A stretch of 64,000 nucleotides of DNA, taken from assembly GCF_009914755.1 (NCBI RefSeq), contig NC_060933.1; one strand, written 5' to 3'. Shown in pieces: positions 1-13,300 of this stretch. Source of the stretch: the human T2T-CHM13v2.0 reference genome, Homo sapiens. Below the pieces are notes generated by a model, which was given only the letters and a program-made list of their open reading frames with translations, was not told where the DNA came from and searched no databases. The stretch's first letter is position 1; the number at the start of each line of letters is the position of its first letter. A program made the position numbers and the translations under genes.

Positions 1-3000
1 ATTCCATTCCATTTCACTCCATTCCATTGCACTCGGGTTGATTCCATTCCATTCCATTCCATTGCATTCCATTCCATTCCATTCCGGATGATTCCATTCC
101 ATTGCATTCCATTCCATTCCATTCCCCTGCACTCGGGTTCATTCCATTCCATTCCATTCCATTACATTCCGTACCATTCCATTCCATTCCATTCGGATTG
201 ATTCTATTCAATTCCCTTACACTCCATTACATTCCATTCAATTCGGGTAGTTTCCATTCCATTCCATTCCATTCCTCTCCATTCCTTTGCACTCGGGTTG
301 ATTCCATTCCATTCCATTCCATTCCATTCCATTACATTACATTCCATTCCATTCCGTTCCATTGTACTCAAGTTGATTCCTTTCCATTGCATTCCATTCC
401 ATTCCATTCCATTCCATTCCATTCCATTCCGTTCCATTCCTTTACATTCGGATTGATTCTATTCAACTCCCTTACTCTCCATTACATTCCATTCCATTCG
501 GGTTGTTCCATTCCTTTCCATTGCATTCCATTCCACTCCATTCCATTGCACTCGGGTTGATTCCATTCCATTCCATTCCATTCCATTCCATTCCATTCCA
601 TTCCGGATGATTCCATTCCATTGAATTCCGTTCCATTACATTCCCCTGCACTCGGGTTGATTCCATTCCATTCCATTCCATTCCATTCCATTCCATTCCA
701 ATTCTTTCCATTCCATTCTATTCCGTACCATGCCATTCCATTCCATACAATTCCATTCCATTCCATTCCACTCCGTTCCGTTCCGTTCCGTTCCGTTCCG
801 TTCCATTCCATTCCATTCCATTCTATTCGGGTTAATTCCATTCCATTCCATTCGATTGCAATCGAGTAGATTCCATTCCACTCCATTCCATTCCATTCCA
901 TTCCATTCCATTCCTTTCCATTGCACTACGGATGATTCCATTCCATTGCATTCCATTCCATTCCATTCCCCTGTACTCGGGTTGATTCCATTCCATTCCA
1001 TTCCAATCCATGCCATTCCACTCGTGTTGATTCCATTCTTTCCATTCCATTCAAGTTGAATCCATTCCATTGCCTTCCATTCCATTCCATTCCCCTGCAG
1101 TCGGGTTGATTCCATTCCATTCCATTCCATTCCTTTCCATTCCATTCCGTTCCGTTCCATTCCATTCCATTGTATTCGGGTTAATTCCATTCCATTCCAT
1201 TCCATTCCATTCCATTCCATTCCATTCCAATCGAGTTGATTCCATTCCATTCCATTCCATTCCATTTCACTCCATTCCAGTCCTTTCCATTCCATTCCAC
1301 TCGGGTTGATTCCAATGTATTCCTTTCCATTCCATTCCATTCCATTGCAATCGAGTTGATTCCATTGCTTTGCATTCCATTCCATTCCATTCCATTCCTG
1401 ATGATTCCATTCCATTGCATTCCATTCCATTCCATTCCCCTGCACTCGGGTTGATTCCATTCCATTCCACTCCATTCCGTTCCATTCCATTCCATTCCAT
1501 TGTATTCGGGTTAATTCCATTCCATTCCATTCCATTCCATTCCATTCCATTCCATTACAATCGAGTTGATTCCATTCCATTCCATTCCATTCCAGTCCTT
1601 TCCATTCCATACCACTCGGGTTGATTCCATTCTATTAGTTTCCATTCCATTCCATTCCCTTCCATTCCACTCTGGTTGATTCCATTCCTTTCCATTCCAC
1701 TCGAAAACATTTCCTCCTATTCCACTCGGAACTATTCCATTCCATTCCATTCCATTCCATTCCATTCCATTCCATTCCATTTCGTTCCATTCCATTCTAT
1801 TCCGTATCATTCCATTCCATTCCATTCCATTCCATTCCATTCCATTAAATTCCATTCCATTCCATTCCATTAAATTCCATTACATTCCATTCCATTCCAT
1901 TGTACTCGGGTTGATTCCATTCCATTGCATTCCATTCCATTCAATTCCATTCCATTCCGTTGCATTCCATTCCATTACATTCGGATTGATTCTATTCAAC
2001 TCCCTTACTCTTCATTACATTCCATTCCATTCTGGTTGTTCCATTCCATTCCATTCCATTCCGCTCCATTCCATTGCACTCGGGTTGATTCCATTCCATT
2101 CCATTCCAATCCATGCCATTCCACTCGTGTTGATTCCATTCTTTCCTTTCCATTCAAGTTGAATCCATTCCATTGCATTCCATTGCATTCGATTCCATTC
2201 GATTGCACTCGGGTTGATTCCATTCCATTGCATTCCATTGCATTCCATTCCATTCCATTCCATTCCGTTCCATTCCATTTCATTACATTCAGATTGATTC
2301 TTTTCAGTTCCCTTACACTCCATTATATTCCAATCCATTCTGGTTGTTTCCATTCCATTCCATTCCATTTCACTCCATTCCATTGCACTCGGGTTGATTC
2401 CATTCCATTCCATTCCATTGCATTCCATTCCATTCCATTGCATTCCATTCCATTCCATTCCGGATGATTCCATTCCATTGCATTCCATTGCATTCCATTC
2501 CCCTGCACTCGGGTTGATTCCATTCCATTCCATTACATTACATTCCGTTCCATTCCATTCCATTCCATTCGGATTGATTCTATTCAATTCCCTTACACTC
2601 CATTACATTCCATTCAATTCGGGTAGTTTCCATTCCATTCCATTCCATTCCTCTCCATTCCTTTGCACTCGGGTTGATTCCATTCCATTCCATTCCATTC
2701 CATTCCATTCCATTACATTACATTCCATTCCATTCCGTTCCATTGTACTCAAGTTGATTCCATTCCATTGCATTCCATTCCATTCCATTCCATTCCATAC
2801 CATTCCGTTCCATTCCATTACATTCGGATTGATTGTATTCAACTCCCTTACTCTCTATTACATTCCATTCCATTCGGGTTGTTCCATTCCATTCCATTCC
2901 ATTCCACTCCATTCCATTGCACTCGGGTTGATTCCATTCCATTCCATTCCATTCCATTCCATTCCGGATGATTCCATTCCATTGAATTCCGTTCCATTAC

Positions 3001-4099
3001 ATTCCATTCCATTCGGATTGATTCTTTTCAACTCCCTTACTCTCCATTACATTCCATTCCATTCGTGTTCTTCCATTCCATTCCATTCCATTCCACTCCA
3101 TTCCATTGCACTCGGGTTGATTCCATTCCATTCCATTCCATTCCATTCCATTCCGGATGATTCAATTCCATTGCATTCCGTTCCATTACATTCCCCTGCA
3201 CTCGGGTTGATTCCATTCCATTCCTTTCCATTCCATTCGATTCCATTCCATTCCCCTGCAGTCGGGTTGATTCCATTCCATTCCATTCCATTCCATTCCA
3301 TTCCTTTCCGTTCCATTCCATTCCATTCCATTCCGTTCTGTTCCGTTCCATTCCATTCCATTCCATTCCATTCCATTCGGGTTAATTCCATTCCATTCCA
3401 TTCGATTGCAATCGAGTTGATTCCATTCCACTCAATTGCATTCCATTCCATTCCATTCCATTCCTTTCCATTCCATTACGGATGATTCCATTCCATTGCA
3501 TTCCATTCCATTCCATTCCCCTGTACTCGGGTTGATTCCATTCCATTCCATTCCAATCCATGCCATTCCACTCGTGTTGATTCCATTCTTTCCATTCCAT
3601 TCAAGTTGAATCCATTCCATTGCCTTCCATTGCATTCCATTCCCCTGCAGTCGGGTTGATTCCATTCCATTCCATTTCATTCCATTCCATTCCATTCCGT
3701 TCCGTTCCATTCCATTCCATTCTATTCGGGTTACTTCCATTCCATTCCATTCCATTCCATTCCATTCCATTCCATTCCATTCCAATCGAGTTGATTCCAT
3801 TCCATTCCATTCAATTCCATTCAACTCCATTCCAGTCCTTTCCATTCCATTCCACTCGGGTTGATTCCAATGTATTCCTTTCCATTCCATTCCATTCCAT
3901 TGCAATCGAGTTGATTGCATTGCTTTGCATTCCATTCCATTCCATTCCATTCCGGATGATTCCATTCCATTGCATTCCATTCCATTCCATTCCACTGCAC
4001 TCGGGTTGATTCCATTCCATTCCACTCCATTCCGTTCCATTCCATTCCATTCCATTGTATTCGGGTTAATTCCATTCCATTCCATTCCATTCCATTCCA

Positions 4100-7000
4100 T
4101 TCCATTCCGTTGCATTCCATTCCATTCCATTCTATTCCGGTTAATTCTATTCCATTCCATTCCATTCCATTCCATTCCATTCCATTGCAATCGAGTTGTT
4201 TCCATTCCATTCCTTTCCATTCCATTCCATTGCCTTGCATTCCACTCGGGTTGATTCCATTCCCTTCTTTCCACTCCATTACATTCCCTTCCATTCCACT
4301 TGGAATGATTGATTCCATTCCATTCCATTCCATTACATTCCATTGCAATCCATTCCAATCCATTCCATTCCATTCCATTCCACTCGAGTTGACTTCATTC
4401 CATTCCTTTCCATTCCATTCCATTCCTTTCCACTCGAGTTGATTCCATTCCATTCCAATCCATTGCATTCCATTCCATGCCATTCCACTCGGGTTGATTC
4501 CATTCCTTTGCATTCCATTCCATTCCATTGCATTCCATTCCATTCCATTCCGTTGCATTCCATTACATTACATTCGGATTGATTCCATTCAACTCCCTTA
4601 CTCTCCATTACATTCCATTCCATTCGGGTTGTTCCATTCCATTCCATTCCATTCCATTCCATTCCACTCCATTCCATTGCACTCGGGTTGATTCCATTCC
4701 ATTCCATTCCATTCCATTCCATTCCGGATGATTCCATTCCATTGCATTCCGTTCCATTACATTCCCCTGCACTCGCGTTGATTCCATTCCATTCCATTCC
4801 ATTCCATTCCATTCCATTCCATTCCGTTCCATTCCGTTCCATTCCATTCCATTCCATTCTATTCGGGTTAATTCCATTCCATTCCATTCCATCCCATTCT
4901 ATTACATTCCATTGGAATCGATTTGAATCCATTGCATTTCATTCCATTCCATTCCATTCCATTCCATTCCGGAAGATTCCATTCCATTGCATTCCATTCC
5001 ATTCCATTCCCCTGCACTCGCGTTGATTCCATTCCATTCCATTCCATTCCATTCCATTCCATTCCGTTCCGTTCCATTCCATTCCATTCCATTCCATTCC
5101 ATTCCATTCCGTTCCGTTCCATTCCATTCCATTCCATTCTATTCGGGTTAATTCCATTCCATTCCATTCGATTGCAATCGTGTTGATTCCATTCCATTCC
5201 ATTCCATTCCATTCCATTCCATTCCATTCCATTCCATTCCTTTCCATTCCATTACGGATGATTCCATTCCATTGCATTCCATTCCATTCCATTCCCCTGT
5301 ACTCGGGTTGATTCCATTCCATTGCATTCCAATCCATGCCCTTCCACTCGTGTTGATTCCATTCTTTCCATTCCATTCAAGTTGAATCCATTCCATTGCA
5401 TTCCATTCCATTCGATTCCATTCGATTGCACTCGGGTTGATTCCATTCCATTGAATTCCATTCCGTTCCATTGCATTCCATTCCATTCCATTACGTTCCA
5501 TTGCATTCCGTTCTATTCCATTTCATTACATTCAGATTGATTCTATTCAATTCCGTTACACTCCATTATATTCCAATCCATTCTGGTTGTCTCCATTCCA
5601 TTCCATTCCAATTCACTCCATTCCGTTGCACTCGGGTTGATTCCATTCCATTCCATTCCATTGCATTCCATTCCATTCCATTCCCGATGATTCCATTCCA
5701 TTGCATTCCATTCCATTCCATTCCCCTGCACTCGGGTTGATTCCATTCCATTCCATTCCATTACATTCCGTTCCATTCCATTCCATTCCATTCGGATTGA
5801 TTCTATTCAATTCCCTTACACTCCATTACATTCCATTCCATTCGGGTAGTTTCCATTCCATTCCATTCCATTCCTCTCCATTCCATTGCACTCGGGTTGA
5901 TTCCATTCCATTCTATTCCATTCCATTCCATTCCATTCCCCTGCACTCGGGTTGATTCCATTCGATTCCACTCCATTCCGTTCCATTGCATTCCATTGCA
6001 TTTTATTTGGGTTAATTCCATTCCATTCCATTCCATTCCGTTCCATTGCAATCCATTGCATTGTATTCGGGTTAATTCCATTCCATTCCATTCCATTCCA
6101 TTCCATTCCATTACAATCGAGTTGATTCCATTCCATTCCATTCCATTCCAGTCCTTTCCATTCCATTCCTCTCGGGTTGATTCCATTCTATTAGTTTCCA
6201 TTCCATTCCATTCCCTTCCATTCCACTCAGGTTTTTTCCATTCCTATCCATTCCACTCGAATACATTCCCTCCTATTCCACTGAGAACGATTCCATTCCA
6301 TTCCATTCCATTCCATTCCCTTCCATTCCATTCCATTTCGTTCCATTCCATTCTATTCCGTATCATTCCATTCCATTCCATTCCATTCCATTCCATTCCA
6401 TTCCATTCCATTGTACTCGGGTTGATTCAATTCCATTGCATTCCATTCCATTCCATTCCATTCCATTCCGTTGCATTCCATTCCATTACATTCGGATTGA
6501 TTCTATTCAACTCCCTTACTCTCCATTACATTCCATTCCATTCGGGTTGTTCCATTCCATTCCATTCCATTCCACTCCATTCCATTGCACTCGGGTTGAT
6601 TCCATTCCATTCCATTCCATTCCATTCCATTCCGGATGATTCCATTCCATTGCATTCCGTTCCATTACATTCCCCTGCACTCGCGTTGATTCCATTCCAT
6701 TCCATTCCATTCCATTCAATTCCATTCCATTACAATTCGTTCCATTCCATTCTATTCCGTACCATTCCATTCCATTCCATACCATTCCATTCCATTCCAT
6801 TCCATTCCATTCCGTTGCATTCCGTTCCATTCCATTCCATTCCATTCTATTCGAATTAATTCCATTCTATTCCATTCCATTCCATTCTACTCGAATTAAT
6901 TCCATTCTATTCCATTCCATTCCATTCTATTCCATTCCATTGCAATCGAGTTGAATCCATTGCATTTCATTCCATTCCATTCCATTCCATTCCATTCCGG

Positions 7001-10000
7001 AAGATTCCATTCCATTGCATTCCATTCCATTCCATTCCCCTGCACTCGTGTTGATTCCATTCCATTCCATTCCATTCCGTTCCGTTGCATTCCATTCCAT
7101 TCCATTCCATTCCATTCCGTTCCGTTCCATTCCATTCCATTCCATTCTATTCGGGTTAATTCCATTCCATTCCATCCGATTGCAATCGAGTTGATTCCAT
7201 TCCATTCCATTCCATTCCATTCCATTCCATTCCATTCCTTTCCATTCCATTACGGATGATTCCATTCCATTGCATTCCATACCATTCCATTCCCCTTTAC
7301 TCGGGTTGATTCCATTCCATTCCATTCCAATCCATGCCATTCCACTCGTGTTGATTCCATTCTTTCCGTTCCATTCAAGTTGAATCCATTCCATTGCATT
7401 CCATTCCATTCGATTCCATTCCATTGCACTCGGGTTGATTCCATTCCATTCCATTCCATTGCATTCCATTCCATTCCATTCCGGATGATTCCCTTCCATT
7501 CCATTCCATTCCATTCCATTCCATTCCATTCCATTCCCCTGCAGTCGGGTTGATTCCATTCCATTCCTTTCCATTCCGTTCCATTCCATTCCATTCCATT
7601 CTATTCGGGTTAATTCCATTCCATTCCATTCCATTCCATTCCATTCCAATCGAGTTGATTCCATTCCTTTCCATTCCATTGCATTCCACTCCATTCCAGT
7701 CCTTTCCATTCCATTACACTCGGGTTGATTCCATTCTATTCCTTTCCATTCCATTCCATTCCATTGCAATCGAGTTGATTCCATTGCTTTGCATTCCATT
7801 CCATTCCATTCCATTCCATTCCGGATGATTCCATTCCATTGCATTCCATTCCATTCCATTCCCCTGCACTCGGGTTGATTCCATTCCATTCCACTCCATT
7901 CTGTTCCATTCCATTCCATTCCATTCTATTCGGGTTAATTCCATTCCATTCCATTCCATTCCATTCCATTCCATTACAATCGAGTTGATTCCATTCCATT
8001 CCATTCCATTCCATTCCATTCCATTCCATTCCAGTCCTTTCCATTCCCTTCCACTCGGGTTGATTCCATTCTATTAGTTTCCATTCCATTCCATTCCCTT
8101 CCATTCCACTCTGGTTGATTCCATTCCTTTCCATTCCACTCGAATACATTCCCTCATATTCCACTCGGAACGATTCCATTTCATTCCATTCCATTCCATT
8201 CCATTCCATTCCAGTTCGTTCCATTCCATTCTATTCCGTACCATTCCATTCCATTCCATTCCTTTCAATTCCATTCTTTTCCACTCGTGTTGATTCCATT
8301 CCTTTCCATTCCATTCGGTTTGAAGGCATTCCGTTCCATTCAATTCCATTCCATTCCATTCTTTTCCATTCCATTCTATTCCATTCCATTGCAGTCGAGT
8401 TGAATCCATTGCATTTCATTCCTTTCCATTCCTTTCCATTCCATTCCGGAAGATTCCATTCCATTCCATTCCATTCCATTCCATTCCCCTGCACTCGCGT
8501 TGATTCCATTCCATTCCATTCCATTCCATTCCATTCCGTTCCATTCCATTCCATTCCATTCCATTCCATTACGTTCCATTCCATTCCATTCCATTCCATT
8601 CTATTCGGGTTAATTCCATTCCATTCCATTCGATTGCCATCGAGTTGATTCCATTCCATTCCATTCCATTCCATTCCATTCCATTCCTTTCCATTCCATT
8701 ACGGATGACTCCATTCCATTGCATTCTATTCCATTCCATTCCCCTGTACTCGGGTTGATTCCATTCCATTCCATTCGACTCCATTCGGTTCCGTTGCATT
8801 CCATTCTATTGCATTCCATTCTATTCGGGTTAATTCCATTCCATTCTTTTCCATTCCATTCCATTCCATTCCATTGCAATGGAGTTGATTCCATTCCATT
8901 CCATTCCATTCCGGATGATTCCATTCCATTGCATTCCATTCCATTCCATTCCCCTGCACTCGTGTTGATTCCATTCCATTCCATTCCATTCCATTCCATT
9001 CCGTTGCTTTCCATTCCATTCCATTCTATTCCGGTTAATTCTATTCCATTCCATTCCATTCCATTCCATTCCATTGCAATCGAGTTGTTTCCATTCCATT
9101 CCTTTCCATTCCATTCCATTGCCTTGCATTCCACTCGGGTTGATTCCATTCCCTTCTTTCCACTCCATTACATTCCCTTCCATTCCACTTGGAATGATTG
9201 ATTCCATTCCATTCCATTCCATTACATTCCATTGCAATCCATTCCAATCCATTCCATTCCATTCCATTCCACTCGAGTTGACTTCATTCCATTCCTTTCC
9301 ATTCCATTCCATTCCTTTCCACTCGAGTTGATTCCATTCCATTCCAATCCATTGCATTCCATTCCATTCCATTCCACTCGGGTTGATTCCATTCCTTTGC
9401 ATTCCATTCCATTCCATTGCATTCCATTCCATTCCATTCCGTTGCATTCCATTACATTACATTCGGATTGATTCCATTCAACTCCCTTACTCTCCATTAC
9501 ATTCCATTCCATTCGGGTTGTTCCATTCCATTCCATTCCATTCCACTCCATTCCATTGCACTCGGGTTGATTCCATTCCATTCCATTCCATTCCATTCCA
9601 TTCCGGATGATTCCATTCCATTGCATTCCGTTCCAATACATTCCCCTGCACTCGCGTTGATTCCATTCCATTCCATTCCATTCCATTCCATTCCATTCCA
9701 TTCCGTTCCATTCCGTTCCATTCCATTCCATTCCATTCTATTCGGGTTAATTCCATTCCATTCCATTCCATCCCATTCTATTACATTCCATTGGAATCGA
9801 TTTGAATCCATTGCATTTCATTCCATTCCATTCCATTCCATTCCATTCCGGAAGATTCCATTCCATTGCATTCCATTCCATTCCATTCCCCTGCACTCGC
9901 GTTGATTCCATTCCATTCCATTCCATTCCATTCCATTCCATTCCATTCCGTTCCTTTCCATTCCATTCCATTCCATTCCATTCCATTCCATTCCATTCCA

Positions 10001-10340
10001 TTCCGTTCCGTTCCATTCCATTCCATTCCATTCTATTCGGGTTAATTCCATTCCATTCCATTCGATTGCAATCGTGTTGATTCCATTCCATTCCATTCCA
10101 TTCCATTCCATTCCATTCCATTCCTTTCCATTCCATTACGGATGATTCCATTCCATTGCATTCCATTCCATTCCATTCCCCTGTACTCGGGTTGATTCCA
10201 TTCCATTGCATTCCAATCCATGCCCTTCCACTCGTGTTGATTCCATTCTTTCCATTCCATTCAAGTTGAATCCATTCCATTGCATTCCATTCCATTCGAT
10301 TCCATTCGATTGCACTCGGGTTGATTCCATTCCATTGCAT
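4100..10340 (+). repeat. Paired ~1.35-kb blocks about 4.88 kb apart (4100-5450 and 8990-10340)
   Basis: Shared CCGGTTAATTCTAT, module G, GTTGACTTCATT, GGAATCGATTTG 4914/9793 and CATGCCCTTCC. Confidence 0.85.
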
Positions 10341-13300
10341 TCCATTCCGTTCCATTCCATTCCATTACATTCGGATTGATTCTATTCAATTCCCTTACAC
10401 TCCATTACATTCCATTCCATTCGGGTAGTTTCCATTCCATTCCATTCCATTCCTCTCCATTCCATTGCACTCGGGTTGATTCCATTCCATTGCATTCCAT
10501 TCCATTCCATTCAATTCCATTCCGTTCCATTCCATTCCATTACATTCGGATTGATTCTATTCAACTCCCTTACTCTCCATTACATTCCATTCCGTTCGGG
10601 TTGTTCCATTCCATTCCATTCCATTCCACTCCATTCCATTGCACTCGGGTTTATTCCATTCCATTCCATTCCATTTCATTCCATTCCATTCCGGAAGATT
10701 CCATTCCATTGCATTCCATTCCATTCCATTCCCCTGCACTCGCGTTGATTCCATTCCATTCCATTCCATTCCATTCCATTCCATTCCATTCCTTTCTGTT
10801 CCATTCCATTCCATTCCATTCCATTCCATTCCGTTGCACACGGGTTCATTCCATTCCATTCCATTCCATTCCATTCCATTTCATTCCATTCCATTCTATT
10901 CCGTACCATTCCATTCCATCCCATTCCATTCCGTTCCAGTCCATGCCATTACACTCGGGTTGATTCCATTCCTTTCCATTCCATTCTTGTTGAATCCATT
11001 CCATTCCATTCCATTCCATTCGAATCCATTCCATTGCACTCGGGTTGATTCCATTCCATTCCATTCCATTCCATTCCATTCCGTTCCATTCCATTCCATT
11101 ACATTCGGATTGATTCTACTCAATTCCCTTACACTCCATTACATTCCATTCCATTCGGGATGTTTCCATTCCATTCCATTCCATTCCACTCCATTCCATT
11201 GCATCAGGTTGATTGCATTCCATTCCATTCCATTCCATTCCGGATGATTCCATTCCATTGCATTCCATTCCATTCCATTCCCCTGCACTCGGGTTGATTA
11301 CATTCCATTTCCTTCCCTTCCATTCCTTTCCATTCCATTCCATTCCTTTCTATTCGGGTGAATTCCATTCCATTCCATTCCATTCCATTCCATTCCATTC
11401 CATTCCATTGCAATCGAGTTGATTCCATTCCAATCCATTCCATTCCGTTCCGGATGATTCCATTCCATTCCATTCCATTCCATTCCATTCCCCTGCAGTC
11501 GGGTTGATTCCATTCCATTCCATTCCATTCCATTCCATTCCGTTCCATTCCATTCTATTCGTGTTAATTCCATTCCATTCCATTCCATTCCATTCCATTC
11601 CATTCCATTCCATTCCATTCCATTCCAATCGAGTTGATTCCATTCCATTCCATTCCATTCCATTCCACTCCATTCCAGTCCTTTCCATTCCATTACACTC
11701 GGGTTGATTCCATTCTATTCCTTTCCATTCCATTCCATTCCATTGCAATCGAGTTGATTTCATTGCTTTGCATTCCATTCCATTCCATTCCATTCCGGAT
11801 GATTCCATTCCATTGCATTCCATTCCATTCCATTCCCCTGCACTCGGGTTGATTCCATTCCATTCCACTCCATTCCGTTCCATTCCATTCCATTCCATTT
11901 TATTCTGGTTAATTCCATTCCATTCCATTCCATTCCATTCCATTCCATTCCATTACATTCCATTACAATTGAGTTGATTCCATTCCATTCCATTCCATTC
12001 CATTCCATTCCATTCCATTCCTTTCCATTCCATTCCACTCGGGTTGATTCCATTCTATTAGTTTCCATTCCATTCCATTCCCTTCCATTCCACTCTGGTT
12101 GATTCCATTCCTTTCCATTCCACTCGAATACATTCCCTCCTATTCCACTCGGAACGATTCCATTTCATTCCATTCCATTCCATTCCATTCCATTCCAGTT
12201 CGTTCCATTCCATTCTATTCCGTACCATTCCATTCCATTCCATTCCTTTCCATTCCATTCTTTTCCACTCGTGTTGATTCCATTCCTTTCCATTCCATTC
12301 GGTTTGAAGGCATTCCATTCCATTGAATTCCATTCCTTTCCATTCCATTCCATTCCATTCTATTCCATTCCATTGCAATCGAGTTGAATCCATTGCCTTT
12401 CATTCCATTCCATTCCTTTCCATTCCATTCCGGAAGATTCCATTCCATTCCATTCCATTCCATTGCATTCCCCTGCACTCGCGTTGATTCCATTCCATTC
12501 CATTCCATTCCATTCCGTTCCGTTCCATTCCATTCTATTCCATTCCATTCCATTCCATTCCGTTCCGTTCCATTCAATTCCATTCCATTCTATTCGGGTT
12601 AATTCCATTCCATTCCATTCGATTGCCATCGAGTTCATTCCATTCCATTCCATTCCATTCCATTCCATTCCATTCCATTCCATTCCTTTCCATTCCATTA
12701 CGGATGACTCCATTCCATTGCATTCTATTCCATTCCATTCCCCTGTACTCGGGTTGATTCCATTCCATTCCATTCGACTCCATTCGGTTCCGTTGCTTTC
12801 CATTCTATTGCATTCCATTCTATTCGGGTTAATTCCCTTCCATTCTATTCCATTCCATTCCATTCCATTCCATTGCAATGCAGTTGATTCCATTCCATTC
12901 CATTCCATTCCGGATGATTCCATTCCATTGCATTCCATTCCATTCCATTCCCCTGCACTCGTGTTGATTCCATTCCATTCCATTCCATTCCATTCCGTTC
13001 CAGTCCATTCCCTTCCATTCTATTGCGGTTACTTCCACTCCATTCCGTTCCATTCCATTCCATTCCATTCCAATCGAGTTGATTCCATTACATTCCATTC
13101 CATTCCATTCCACTCCATTCCAGTGGTTTCCATTCCATTCCACTCGGGTTGATTCCAATGTATTCCTTTCCATTCCATTCCATTCCATTGCAATCGAGTT
13201 GATTCCATTGCTTTGCATTCCATTCCATTCCATTCCATTCGGGATGATTCCATTCCATTGCATTCCATTCCATTCCATTCCCCTGCACTCGGGTTGATTC

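Noticed and set aside
195-212. Possible DUX4 site in GGATTGATTCTATTCAA
   Set aside because: It shares only the TGATT half-site and does not fit TAAYYYAATCA on either strand.
5409-5428. HSat2-like CATTCGATTCCATTCGATT words
   Set aside because: They are confined to one position after module C. The bulk is (CATTC)n with CAACCCGAGT-type decamers, which is HSat3.
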